A stretch of 64,000 nucleotides of DNA from Oscillospiraceae bacterium (GCA_009782435.1 WRJA01000002.1:9180-73179); one strand, 5' to 3'; positions 10,268 to 20,104 are shown, counted from the stretch's first letter. Numbers and translations: made by a program. The notes: generated from the letters alone by a model not told the origin.

Positions 10268-11128
10268 ATGGAATTCTTAATAATCTCCGGATTGTCCGGG
10301 GCCGGGAAAAGCCGGACGGCGGACTCGTTGGAGGATTTGGATTTCTATTGCGTGGACAACATGCCCGTGGCGCTTATACCGAAGTTCGCGGAACTGTGTT
10401 TGGCCACAAGAGGACGGTATGAGCGAGTGGCTTTGGTCACGGATATTCGGGAACGAGAGAGCTTTGAAGAACTGTTCAGAGCGTTGGACGGCCTGTGGGA
10501 ATTGGATTGCGAGTATAAGATACTTTACATGGAAGCCGATATACCCACAATAGTCTACAGATATAAAGAGACTCGCAGAAGACACCCTTTGGCCACGGAC
10601 GGCATATCGGTGGAGGAGGCGATAAAGCGCGAGGTCGCGCTTTTGGAACCCGTGCGGGAAAGAGCGGATTATGTGATAACAACAACGGGAATGACCCTCG
10701 GTATGCTGCAAAAAGAGATCTACGGCATATTCGTCGGGGACTCTCTTGACCGCGTCTTATCCGTTAATGTGCTGTCTTTCGGATTTAAATACGGCATACC
10801 CATCGAATCCGATCTTGTGTTCGACGTGCGCTTTATACCGAACCCGTTTTATGTAGCGGAGCTTCGCAACCTCAACGGGCTTGACGAGGCGGTGAAAAAG
10901 TTTGTTTTCAAACACAGGGATACAACGGAATTTATGAACCGTCTTCAGGATTTTGTTATGTTTTTGCTGCCTCAATACGTTGAAGAAGGTAAACACACGC
11001 TGACGATTTCAGTGGGCTGTACGGGCGGAAAACACCGCTCGGTAGCGATCGGCGAAGCATTGACTTGTTTTATCAGAGATAACGGGCATTCTGCGCAGCT
11101 TATTAACAGAGATTTGGAAAAAAGCTGA
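10268..11128 (+). CDS. rapZ: RNase adapter protein RapZ (YvcJ family P-loop NTPase)
   Basis: N-terminal ISGLSGAGKS Walker A and C-terminal GCTGGKHRSV motif. 286 aa. Conserved position before yvcK-whiA. Confidence 0.9.
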   Translation: MEFLIISGLSGAGKSRTADSLEDLDFYCVDNMPVALIPKFAELCLATRGRYERVALVTDIRERESFEELFRALDGLWELDCEYKILYMEADIPTIVYRYKETRRRHPLATDGISVEEAIKREVALLEPVRERADYVITTTGMTLGMLQKEIYGIFVGDSLDRVLSVNVLSFGFKYGIPIESDLVFDVRFIPNPFYVAELRNLNGLDEAVKKFVFKHRDTTEFMNRLQDFVMFLLPQYVEEGKHTLTISVGCTGGKHRSVAIGEALTCFIRDNGHSAQLINRDLEKS

Positions 11129-11185
11129 GACCGGTCTTTTGTCGAATCGTTTTATGACTTACAGCCGGAGAAAGGAATTACCGCC

Positions 11186-12196
11186 ATTACGAAAACACAT
11201 ATATCCGGATACCGACCGGCTCCGCGCGTCGTTGTTATCGGCGGGGGCACGGGGCTTTCGACCATGCTTCGCGGATTAAAACTGTATACCGATAACTTGA
11301 CAGCGATAGTGACGGTCGCGGATGACGGCGGTGGGTCGGGAATACTGCGCTCCGAACTTAATATGCCGCCGCCCGGCGATATCAGGAACTGTATTGAGGC
11401 ATTGGCCAATACGGAGCCTACTATGGAAGCACTGCTCAGATATCGTTTTAAAAGCGGAACGCTGAAAGGTCAGAATTTAGGCAATTTGTTTCTTGCCGCT
11501 CTTAATGACATGTGTTCGTCATTTGATGAAGCGGTCATTAAACTCAGCGACGTTTTGGCGGTCACGGGGCGTGTTTTGCCGGTTACAAACTGCAATGTTA
11601 TTCTTGCGGCATTATTTGACGACGGGAATGAAATCGTCGGAGAGTCGAAAATATCGGAGTATAAACTCTCCGCCGGAGGGAATATCCGGAAGGTGAGACT
11701 CATGCCGGAGAATCCTCCGGCGCTTAAAGCAAGCACAGAGGCTTTGGCTGAAGCGGAGATGATAATTCTCGGGCCCGGGAGCTTGTATACGAGCATAATA
11801 CCTAATCTGCTGACAAAAGGAGTTTCCGAGACGATCGCCGAATCCGACGCCGTGCGGGTGTATGTGCTGAATGTGATGACGCAGGAAGGAGAAACCGAAG
11901 GATATACGGCTTCCGATCACATAAAAGCGCTGTCGGATCATGCAGGAGTGAGATTGTTCGATTATTGCGTCGCCGACAATTCTCCTTTTCCGGATGAGAT
12001 CAAAAAAAAGTACAATTCAAAGGGAACGGATCGCACTGTGACGGACGAGGACAAAATAAAAGAACTCGGTATCGAGCTGATAACCGCTCCTGTCGCGGAT
12101 TACTCAAAAGGCTTGGCCAGGCATAACCCGAAGACGCTGGCGAAGACTTTGATGGAGTTGTTCACAAATAAATCGCCGACCAAGATATACAGTTGA
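11186..12196 (+). CDS. yvcK: YvcK/CofD-like gluconeogenesis (cell-shape) factor; the start codon is unresolved and may be ATT at 11186
   Basis: The family's N-terminal motif VVVIGGGTGLSTMLRGLK is encoded in frame upstream of the first ATG (11264). SD GGAGAAAGGA lies at 11167-11176. No ATG, GTG or TTG occurs in frame between the upstream stop (11126) and 11264. Confidence 0.8.
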   Translation: MTKTHISGYRPAPRVVVIGGGTGLSTMLRGLKLYTDNLTAIVTVADDGGGSGILRSELNMPPPGDIRNCIEALANTEPTMEALLRYRFKSGTLKGQNLGNLFLAALNDMCSSFDEAVIKLSDVLAVTGRVLPVTNCNVILAALFDDGNEIVGESKISEYKLSAGGNIRKVRLMPENPPALKASTEALAEAEMIILGPGSLYTSIIPNLLTKGVSETIAESDAVRVYVLNVMTQEGETEGYTASDHIKALSDHAGVRLFDYCVADNSPFPDEIKKKYNSKGTDRTVTDEDKIKELGIELITAPVADYSKGLARHNPKTLAKTLMELFTNKSPTKIYS

Positions 12197-12247
12197 CAGC
12201 GGGGTTTGTACCGGCATGGTCTCTGCCGAAATAAAGGAGCTGAAGAG

Positions 12248-13150
12248 TTGTCGTTCTCATCCTCGGTCAAAGAAGAACTGTGCAAAACGCCTGTTTGCGA
12301 TAAATGCTGCGCCGGAGCCGAGGCATACGGGATATTGCTCTACGGGAACACGTTTGATTTCCGCGCTGTAAGGATAATAACCGGGAATCCCGGTTTCGCG
12401 AAACGTATTCCGAAAATCTTCAAACACGCGTTCGATATAGAATTTGACTCTGTGCCGTCGGCTCCGGGGTCGGGGAAACGGGTATTTGCGATCAGTGACA
12501 GATCGAAGATATCCGCTGTATTCGATGCTTTCGGATATGATACGGGCAACACTTTGGCGCATCACATCAATTTCGGCGTTTTGGAGAACGCCTGCTGCAA
12601 AAAATCTTTTGTGCGGGGCGCGTTCCTTGCCGGGGGCAGCGTCGCCGACCCCGAGAAAAGATATCATCTCGAGTTTGTGACAGATCATATGAGCGTCAGC
12701 CGCGAAGCGTACTCTCTCTTGCTTGAGATGGATTTTTTTCCGAAAGATACGGCGAGGGCCGGAAATTACATAACCTATTTCAAGCAATCCGAAGAAATCG
12801 AAGACCTCTTGACGTCGATCGGCGCTCCGCTTTCGGCAATGAAAATAATGTCCGCAAAAGTTGAGAAGGATATGCGCAATACCGTTAACAGAAGGGTCAA
12901 CTGTGACAGCGCGAACGCGGACAAGGTGGTGATGGCCGCCGCGCGGCAGCTTGATGTTATTAAGCGCATCGAGCGAGGCGCCGGAATCGGAAATCTGCCG
13001 GACAAGCTCCGGGAAGCCGCGCTTTTAAGGATCGCAAATCCTGAGGCCAGTCTTGAAGAGATGGCGCTGTTATCCGATCCGCCTGTCAGCAAGAGCTGCC
13101 TTAATCACAGGCTCAGGAAATTAGCGACATATTCGGACGGCGATATATGA
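12248..13150 (+). CDS. whiA: DNA-binding protein WhiA
   Basis: N-terminus (M)SFSSSVKEEL is typical of WhiA. TTG start 8 nt after SD AAGGAG. C-terminal HTH region. Synteny after yvcK. Confidence 0.9.
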   Translation: MSFSSSVKEELCKTPVCDKCCAGAEAYGILLYGNTFDFRAVRIITGNPGFAKRIPKIFKHAFDIEFDSVPSAPGSGKRVFAISDRSKISAVFDAFGYDTGNTLAHHINFGVLENACCKKSFVRGAFLAGGSVADPEKRYHLEFVTDHMSVSREAYSLLLEMDFFPKDTARAGNYITYFKQSEEIEDLLTSIGAPLSAMKIMSAKVEKDMRNTVNRRVNCDSANADKVVMAAARQLDVIKRIERGAGIGNLPDKLREAALLRIANPEASLEEMALLSDPPVSKSCLNHRLRKLATYSDGDI

Positions 13151-13165
13151 AAGGGATATGACCGC

Positions 13166-16100
13166 ATGGCTTTCGCTCATCTTCACGTACACAGTGAATA
13201 CAGCCTTTTGGACGGGGCGTGCCGGATCGAAAACCTGGTAAAACGAGTTTCGGAATTGGGGCAGCCCGCCGCGGCGATAACCGATCACGGCGTCATGTAC
13301 GGAGCCGTGACATTTTATAAAGCCGCGAAGAGGGAGGGTATAAAACCCGTTATCGGATGCGAGGTATATGTAGCGCCCCGCGGCAGATTTGACAAAGAAC
13401 ACGGCACGGACAGCGGATATACTCATCTTGTCCTTTTATGCAAAAACAAAACGGGATATGAGAACCTTTGCTATTTGGTAAGCAGAGGGTTCACGGAGGG
13501 GTTTTACATACGCCCTCGAATCGACGCGGGATTACTGCGGGAGAGGGCTGAAGGACTTGTTTGCCTTTCGGCGTGCGTAGCGGGCGCCATACCGCGAAAG
13601 ATACTGGCGGGCGAGTATGAGCTTGCCAAAGCGCAGGCGATAGAAACGGCGGAGTTATTCGGAGAGGGCGGATTTTACCTTGAGCTTCAGGATCACGGTA
13701 CGGAAGAGGAAAAAAGGGTTTCGGACGGCCTTATAAGGATCGGCCGGGAGACCGGAATACCTTTGGTCGTAACAAACGACGCCCATTATTTAACACGCTC
13801 CGACGCGCGTAATCAAGATATACTGATGCGCATACGGACGGGCAAAACAATAAACGACGCGTCCGGGATGAAATTTGCGGGCGACGATATGTATATCAAA
13901 AGTGAAGAGGAAATGCGCAAGCTCTTTCCGGAGCATCCGGAAGCGTATGATAATACCGTTAAGATCGCCGATATTTGCGAATTCGATTTTGAGTTTGACA
14001 AATATCGGCTTCCTAAGTTCAAGCTGCCCGAAACCGAAAACGACGTATTTGAATACCTTAAAAAACTCTGCGACGAGGGATTTTCAAAACGCTACGGAAA
14101 TAACAAAGAGGCGGCCGGTCAGCTGAAATATGAGCTGGACATGATAAAAAAAATGGGTTATGTGGATTACTTCCTTATAGTCGCGGATTTTATCGCCTAT
14201 GCCAAAAACCGCGGCATACCTGTCGGGCCCGGCCGCGGCAGCGCGGCCGGCAGCGTTGTTTCATATTGTTTGGAGATAACCGACGTCGACCCCATAGAAT
14301 ACAAATTGTATTTTGAGCGTTTTTTAAATCCCGAAAGAGTGAGCATGCCGGACATCGATATAGATTTCTGTGTAAACCGAAGAGAAGAGGTGCTTGATTA
14401 TGTCAGCCGAAAATACGGGCAGGACCGAGTGGCGCAAATAACGGCTTTCGGCACCATGGCGGCGCGCGCCGCAATACGCGACGTGGGCAGAGTTTTGAAC
14501 GTCAGTTACGCGCAGACGGACGCCGTCGCAAAAATGGTGCCCTTAGCGCTGAATATTACGCTCGATGAAGCGATGCGCCTGTCCCGCCCGCTCAAGGACC
14601 TTTATGACGGTGACGAGAGCATACGTCTTTTGATAGACACGGCAAAAGCTTTGGAAGGAATGCCCCGCCATGCGACGACTCACGCCGCCGGCGTTGTAAT
14701 AACCGAGAATCCGGTTTGCGAGTATGTTCCGCTGGCGAAAAACGACGAGATCGTCGTCTCCCAATACCCGATGACCGTGCTGGAAGAATTGGGCATATTG
14801 AAAATGGATTTTTTGGGGCTTCGAAATCTCACGGTTTTGGAGGACGCGGCGGAGCTTGTGCGAAAGAGCAAACCGGACTTCAGAACGGAAACCGTTCCGA
14901 AAAACGACGCGGAGACATATAAAATGCTGACCGAAGGGCATACGGCGGGAGTCTTCCAGCTTGAGAGCTCGGGCATGACCTCGGTATGTATCGGATTGAG
15001 GCCCGAAAGCTTGGAAGATATAACAGCTATCATAGCTCTGTATCGGCCGGGCCCCATGGACAGCATAGGCAGGTTCATTGAGTGCAAGCATAACCCGGAC
15101 AAAATAGTATATAAACACCCTCTTTTAAAAGATATATTGGATGTTACTTACGGATGTATAGTATATCAGGAACAGGTCATAGATATTTTCAGGAAATTAG
15201 CCGGGTTTTCTCTCGGACAGGCCGATTTGATACGCAGGGCAATGTCGAAAAAAAAGGAAAAGGAGATCGCGGGCGAGCGGGAGGCGTTTATCCGCGGCGA
15301 TTCCGCGAGAGGCATCCCCGGGGCAGTCAAAAACGGCGTGCCTGAAACCGTGGCGGGAAATATTTACGATGAGATATCGGATTTTGCAAACTACGCATTT
15401 AACAAGGCGCACGCGGTATCCTATGCTGTTATAAGTTACCGCACGGCATACATGAAGTGCCGTTACCCCAAACAGTATATGGCGGCGCTGTTGACTTCGA
15501 TACTTGATCACAGCGGTAAGATATCGGCGTATATCACAGAGTGCGCGGATATGGGGATAAAACTGCTGCCGCCGGATATTAACGAATCTGACGACAGTTT
15601 CACCGTTGTCGGAGACAACATACGTTTCGGATTGTCCGCTGTTAAAAACGTAGGGCGCGAATTTGTAAAGGAACTTATGGCCGAACGCCGCCGCGGAGGG
15701 GTTTTTAAAGCTTTCGACGAATTCTGCGGGCGCATGTTCGGAAAAGACCTTAACCGAAGGGCTGTGGAAAGCCTGATAAAATGCGGAGCTTTTGACGGTA
15801 TGGGGTATTTTCGCAGCAGGCTTCTGCGCGTATTCGATACGGTTATAGACGGCATAACTCAAACAGGGCGAAAAAACATCGACGGACAGATGGACATGTT
15901 CGGGACTGATGCGAACGAGGGTAAGATCGGAGGCTTTGAAACGGTTTTGCCGGATATTCCGGAATTCACAAGCCGGGAGCTCATGTCCATGGAAAAGGAA
16001 ACGACCGGTCTTTATCTTACGGGGCATCCCATCGACGCCTACCGGGCGGCGGCCAAAAGTGCAGGCGCCGCGCCGATCGGAACGATCACCGAGGAAAACA

Positions 16101-16630
16101 CGGATCGCAGCAGCCGGGAGAGATTTTATGACGGCCGCCGGGTTACGGTCGCGGGTGTGGTGGAATCGGTCAAAACGGTGACCGCAAAAAACAACAGCCT
16201 GATGGCGTATATACTGCTTGAGGATGACACGGGGAAAATAGAGATTTTGGCGTTTCAGCGCGTGCTTGACGCCGGCGGCGGTTATCTTAAGGAAAACGCC
16301 CCTATATTGGTAACCGGGAAAATATCGATACGGGAAGAGAGAGAGCCGCAGATAACGGCCGACAGCATTCGTCCGCTGAGCGACCTTGAGACGCCGGAAA
16401 AAGAAGCGCCGGTATCGGCGGAAAAGCTGTATGTAAAGCTTAAAAGCGGCGATGATCCGGCGCTTAAACGATTGGAGCTTATTCTGACAATGTTTCCCGG
16501 CGACAGCCGCTTGATCATATATTTGGAAGATACGAAAAAAATGCTCTCGGGAAAATGCCTTATCCACGACTCTCTTTTAAGGGAATTGCGCGAGATGCTC
16601 GGCGATGAGAATGTCGCGGTAAAACAGTAA
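13166..16630 (+). CDS. dnaE: DNA polymerase III alpha subunit (DnaE type)
   Basis: 1154 aa. PHP domain HLHVHSEYSLLDGA, polymerase core motifs (PDIDIDF, FNKAHAVSYA) and a C-terminal OB-fold region. Confidence 0.95.
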   Translation: MAFAHLHVHSEYSLLDGACRIENLVKRVSELGQPAAAITDHGVMYGAVTFYKAAKREGIKPVIGCEVYVAPRGRFDKEHGTDSGYTHLVLLCKNKTGYENLCYLVSRGFTEGFYIRPRIDAGLLRERAEGLVCLSACVAGAIPRKILAGEYELAKAQAIETAELFGEGGFYLELQDHGTEEEKRVSDGLIRIGRETGIPLVVTNDAHYLTRSDARNQDILMRIRTGKTINDASGMKFAGDDMYIKSEEEMRKLFPEHPEAYDNTVKIADICEFDFEFDKYRLPKFKLPETENDVFEYLKKLCDEGFSKRYGNNKEAAGQLKYELDMIKKMGYVDYFLIVADFIAYAKNRGIPVGPGRGSAAGSVVSYCLEITDVDPIEYKLYFERFLNPERVSMPDIDIDFCVNRREEVLDYVSRKYGQDRVAQITAFGTMAARAAIRDVGRVLNVSYAQTDAVAKMVPLALNITLDEAMRLSRPLKDLYDGDESIRLLIDTAKALEGMPRHATTHAAGVVITENPVCEYVPLAKNDEIVVSQYPMTVLEELGILKMDFLGLRNLTVLEDAAELVRKSKPDFRTETVPKNDAETYKMLTEGHTAGVFQLESSGMTSVCIGLRPESLEDITAIIALYRPGPMDSIGRFIECKHNPDKIVYKHPLLKDILDVTYGCIVYQEQVIDIFRKLAGFSLGQADLIRRAMSKKKEKEIAGEREAFIRGDSARGIPGAVKNGVPETVAGNIYDEISDFANYAFNKAHAVSYAVISYRTAYMKCRYPKQYMAALLTSILDHSGKISAYITECADMGIKLLPPDINESDDSFTVVGDNIRFGLSAVKNVGREFVKELMAERRRGGVFKAFDEFCGRMFGKDLNRRAVESLIKCGAFDGMGYFRSRLLRVFDTVIDGITQTGRKNIDGQMDMFGTDANEGKIGGFETVLPDIPEFTSRELMSMEKETTGLYLTGHPIDAYRAAAKSAGAAPIGTITEENTDRSSRERFYDGRRVTVAGVVESVKTVTAKNNSLMAYILLEDDTGKIEILAFQRVLDAGGGYLKENAPILVTGKISIREEREPQITADSIRPLSDLETPEKEAPVSAEKLYVKLKSGDDPALKRLELILTMFPGDSRLIIYLEDTKKMLSGKCLIHDSLLRELREMLGDENVAVKQ

Positions 16631-16634
16631 AATA

Positions 16635-16667
16635 CTCAGGACCACCCTTTATAAGGGTGGTCCTGAG
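16635..16667 (+). terminator. Perfect 15-bp hairpin after dnaE (terminator-like, no U-tract)
   Basis: CTCAGGACCACCCTT-tat-AAGGGTGGTCCTGAG, starting 5 nt after the dnaE stop. Confidence 0.5.
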
Positions 16668-16730
16668 ACGAAAGACGATAATGACCGCTTTGAACGACCC
16701 GTCACGTTTCTTAAAATGAGGAGTGATTAC

Positions 16731-17894
16731 ATGAGCAGGCGCTTCTTTTTAGTGTTTTTACCGGCTGTACTCTTTCTTCTTTCGGCAGTCGCATGCGGAA
16801 GTTCCGGCACACCAAAAAATACAGCTCTACCGGATAAGAGCCCGAGTGAGACCGAACGACCCTCCGCCGGTGAAGCGGCTCCTGTTGAAACTCCGAAAAA
16901 CGATCCGATTACGACTGAGACTCCCGCGCGTGAAACGCCCGACGGGTACGATGACCGTTATAATGAATCATTGCAAGGTCCGGCGTATTTCTTTATAGAT
17001 GGTATGCTCATGGGAGCTTTTGAAAACGGCGAGTTTTTGTCAAGATATGATAAATATTGTACATATGGGGATCGCGATTTTACATACGGAGAATTCCTTT
17101 CCCAACCTTACTATGACCTGTATTCACAGAGCGAGTATTTAGGCCGCTCAACTGAGGTAAAAATAGATTCTTTCCCCGGCTTGGATACTCCCCTGAGCGA
17201 AGAAGACGCAAAGTTGTTAGGACAATTCGCGACGGAAGAGATAGATTCTAAAAATATATATAAACTTCCGGTGGCATTTTCAGGTAATGCCAATAAAATA
17301 CCATATCCAAGATATAATGGGTATATTCACTTTGGCAATGGGATTTTAGCCACAAATGCAAGACATGATCCTTTACCGCGAATTGTGACAAAAACCGAGG
17401 AAATCACTGAGCGTGACCTTGAGCTTATCAGAAAAGAACTTGAACTCAGCGGTATTCCCGGCGCGACGCCAAATGTCAGCGAAGTTTGGGTATGCGATTT
17501 GAAAAACGACGGTATTTCGGAGCGAATAATTACGGCAAGGGCGCCAAGAGATGAACGAGGGTATCTTTTGCTTACCGAAGATGAATTAAAAAACGGTGAC
17601 TCAGGTAATTATACCATGGTCTTGATAGACGACGGGATCAATGCCTGCTGCATTTTCAAGAAAACAAATTATTACAGTGATATGCCGATACTTCCGGACA
17701 TTTCTCTCCCATGGAATGTTGAATACTATCTTACAGGAAGTAGTTGGGTGGCGGGTATATTCGATTTGAACGGCGACGGATCATTTGAAATATGTATATA
17801 TTGGATTTCTTGGGATGTGGGCAGTTATAAGGTCTATTCCATGAATGACACCGGGAAATATGAACAAGTTCTTGAAAGCTTTTTCGGCGGATGA
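16731..17894 (+). CDS. Hypothetical lipoprotein
   Basis: Signal peptide plus lipobox LSAVAC, followed by a P/E/T-rich linker. SD GAGGAG lies 7 nt before ATG 16731. Two D-x-N/K-x-DG loops (DLKNDGISE, DLNGDGSFE) are present. Confidence 0.7.
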   Translation: MSRRFFLVFLPAVLFLLSAVACGSSGTPKNTALPDKSPSETERPSAGEAAPVETPKNDPITTETPARETPDGYDDRYNESLQGPAYFFIDGMLMGAFENGEFLSRYDKYCTYGDRDFTYGEFLSQPYYDLYSQSEYLGRSTEVKIDSFPGLDTPLSEEDAKLLGQFATEEIDSKNIYKLPVAFSGNANKIPYPRYNGYIHFGNGILATNARHDPLPRIVTKTEEITERDLELIRKELELSGIPGATPNVSEVWVCDLKNDGISERIITARAPRDERGYLLLTEDELKNGDSGNYTMVLIDDGINACCIFKKTNYYSDMPILPDISLPWNVEYYLTGSSWVAGIFDLNGDGSFEICIYWISWDVGSYKVYSMNDTGKYEQVLESFFGG

Positions 17895-17987
17895 AATAAA
17901 ATGTGAGGATCAGATAAAGCGGATTTGCAGTCCCTTTCGCATATAGCCGGATCTGCTGTATACGTATAAAACAGGATATTTCCGGTT

Positions 17988-18260
17988 ATGATTGTTTCGT
18001 CATCGAACGATAAAAACCCCTTCCGCTACTGCGGCGAGTACTTCGACGTCGAGACTGAGAATACCTATCTGCGCGCGCGGTATTACGACGCGAAGATCGC
18101 CCGGTTCATGCAGGAGGACACAGCCGGCGCGGCCGGAGACGCGCTGTTTTATATCTGCGAAGTTCTTATCGGTTGGTCGATCATATATATGTTGGGGCTG
18201 CCGCCCGCGATTTTTTTGAATCGCTCAGCGACAGCCCCGTTATTATTTATGTTTTATTAA
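17988..18260 (+). pseudogene. Orphan RHS/YD-repeat core tip fragment
   Basis: NPFRYCGEYFDVETENTYLRARYYDAKIARFMQED matches the conserved end of the RHS-associated core (NPxRYxGxYxDxETGLYYxRARYYDPxxGRF). There is no upstream RHS body (stop at 17967-17969), no SD, and only about 50 hydrophobic residues follow. Confidence 0.6.
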
Positions 18261-18297
18261 TCTGTTTTCCCTGCTCTTGGCGGAAGCCGCCGGATAT

Positions 18298-18714
18298 TCA
18301 GGTCAAAAAGTATTTTTTGATTCCGTCGCCGACATTGTTCGGGTCCACCGTCGCGCTTATGGTGAACTTAACGTTTTCTCTGTTGCTGAAGTCTTCCGCC
18401 CAGCCTAAAACTTCGGTTACGCCTTCGTCCGTCGTGTCGTCGAGCAGTTTATAGAAGTTGTCAATGAATACATGGGTAATATCATAATTTCCGGCATGAA
18501 GGCCGCATAAAAAACCTTTGAGCAGTTGGTTTGTGCATATGCTGTAGTCCCCGGCGTGGATCAATCTCACGGTGTACGGTATGTCATAAGTCAAATTTTT
18601 GTCTTTTTCAATGCAAACCACGTTGCCGTGTTCTTCCTCAACAGCATTTTTGACCAGTTCCACCAGTTTTTTTGTCTTGCCGGAACCCTTAAGACCCATG
18701 ATAAGCTTGACCAT
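18298..18714 (-). CDS. Small stand-alone P-loop NTPase-like protein (138 aa), function unknown
   Basis: Walker A GLKGSGKT at residues 6-13 and a Walker-B-like hhhhD (THVFID). SD AAAAGGGG lies 9 nt upstream of ATG 18714. Confidence 0.6.
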   Translation of the reverse strand: MVKLIMGLKGSGKTKKLVELVKNAVEEEHGNVVCIEKDKNLTYDIPYTVRLIHAGDYSICTNQLLKGFLCGLHAGNYDITHVFIDNFYKLLDDTTDEGVTEVLGWAEDFSNRENVKFTISATVDPNNVGDGIKKYFLT

Positions 18715-18820
18715 ATGAACCAACCCCTTTTCTGAAATGATGGCGGCTCCGCCGCTGCCTTTATGATAACATCATTTCAAGCCGAGTTCAACGGCGTCTT
18801 TTTTCCGGAGCAAAACGTTT

Positions 18821-20104
18821 TCAGGCGTTATGTTCCGCGGTCTCGCTCAAAAGCTTGAACATGTTCTTTTTGTATGCCTCAACGCCGGGCTGATCAAAGG
18901 GGTTTACACCTGACATGTAGCCGCTGACGCCGCATGCAACTTCAAAGAAGCATATCAGTTCCGCAAATCCGGTCTCATTGCGTTCGCCGGCGGAGATGCC
19001 TATATTCGGAACACCGCCGGAAATATGAGCTGATTTGACCGCTTCGGCTACTGTTTTGTTTACCCGGTCGAAATCCCTGCCTGCAAGATAATTAAAACCG
19101 TCGGCATTCAGCAGGTCAAAGGGTACTTTATATGAAGTATTGCTCTTTTCGAAGCTGACGACCGTTTCGAGCAGATTTCTCGGGCCGTCCTGAATAAACT
19201 GACCCATTGAGTGCAGATCGGCCGTAAATTCGACGGATGCGGGAAACAGGCCGATGCCGTTTTTTCCCTCGCTCTCGCCGAAGAGCTGTTTCCACCACTC
19301 GGCCATATAACGGAAATCGGGTTCGTAATAGGCCATTATTTCGATTATCTTGCCGCGGTCGTACAGCAAGCGCCGCGCAGCGGCATATTGCCAGGCGGGG
19401 TTCTCTGGAGACCGGAGATCAAGCCGTCGCATTTGTTCGATGGCGACTTCAGTGACTTTGCTGACGTCGATACCCGCAACGGACATGGGAAGCAGTCCCA
19501 CGGCGGATAATACGCTGTATCGCCCGCCGACGTCGCCCGGAACGGTGAGAGTGAAGTATTCTTCCTCATTCGCCATTGTCCGAAGAGCGCCGGAAACCGG
19601 GTCGGTGGTGGCGAAGATTCTGCTTTTTGCGCCCTGAGGCCCGTATTTTTTTTCCAAAAGACTCTTAAACACGCGAAAGGACAGCGCCGGTTCCAAAGTG
19701 GTTCCGGACTTGGAGATCACATTGACCGAAAAATCTCTCTCCCCGAGTCTTTCCTCGATACCGTTCAGGTAATCGGCCGACAGATTGTTGCCGACAAAAA
19801 GCACTTCGCGCCTGTCTTTGCATACGGGGCCGAGCAGTTCTGTGGCTGCGCGCGCGCCGAGATAAGAGCCGCCGATGCCGACGACCACCAAGACCTCCGA
19901 ATGGCTTCTTATTTTCTCCGACGCTGACAGCACGGACTTCAGTTCGGCTCCGGCCATTTTTTCGGGCAGGGAAAGCCAGCCGGTGAATTCCGCCCCCGGT
20001 CCGTTCCCTTCTTCGAGCGTTCTGTGAGCGGTCGCCGCGGCGGCATAGTCCGGACTGTGTTCGCCGAAGAACTCATAAGTTCCTGACAAATCTACTTTGA
20101 TCAT
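18821..20104 (-). CDS. pgi: Glucose-6-phosphate isomerase
   Basis: 427 aa Firmicutes-type PGI. SIS-domain motifs (VVVGIGGSYLGARA, ISKSGTTLEP, GGRYSVLSAVGLLP). Confidence 0.9.
   Translation of the reverse strand: MIKVDLSGTYEFFGEHSPDYAAAATAHRTLEEGNGPGAEFTGWLSLPEKMAGAELKSVLSASEKIRSHSEVLVVVGIGGSYLGARAATELLGPVCKDRREVLFVGNNLSADYLNGIEERLGERDFSVNVISKSGTTLEPALSFRVFKSLLEKKYGPQGAKSRIFATTDPVSGALRTMANEEEYFTLTVPGDVGGRYSVLSAVGLLPMSVAGIDVSKVTEVAIEQMRRLDLRSPENPAWQYAAARRLLYDRGKIIEIMAYYEPDFRYMAEWWKQLFGESEGKNGIGLFPASVEFTADLHSMGQFIQDGPRNLLETVVSFEKSNTSYKVPFDLLNADGFNYLAGRDFDRVNKTVAEAVKSAHISGGVPNIGISAGERNETGFAELICFFEVACGVSGYMSGVNPFDQPGVEAYKKNMFKLLSETAEHNA

Noticed and set aside
15197-16567. 456-aa ORF antisense to dnaE
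   Set aside because: It lies entirely inside the well-supported dnaE frame. The product is R/F/K-rich and low in complexity, with no recognisable motif or SD. It is a typical shadow ORF.
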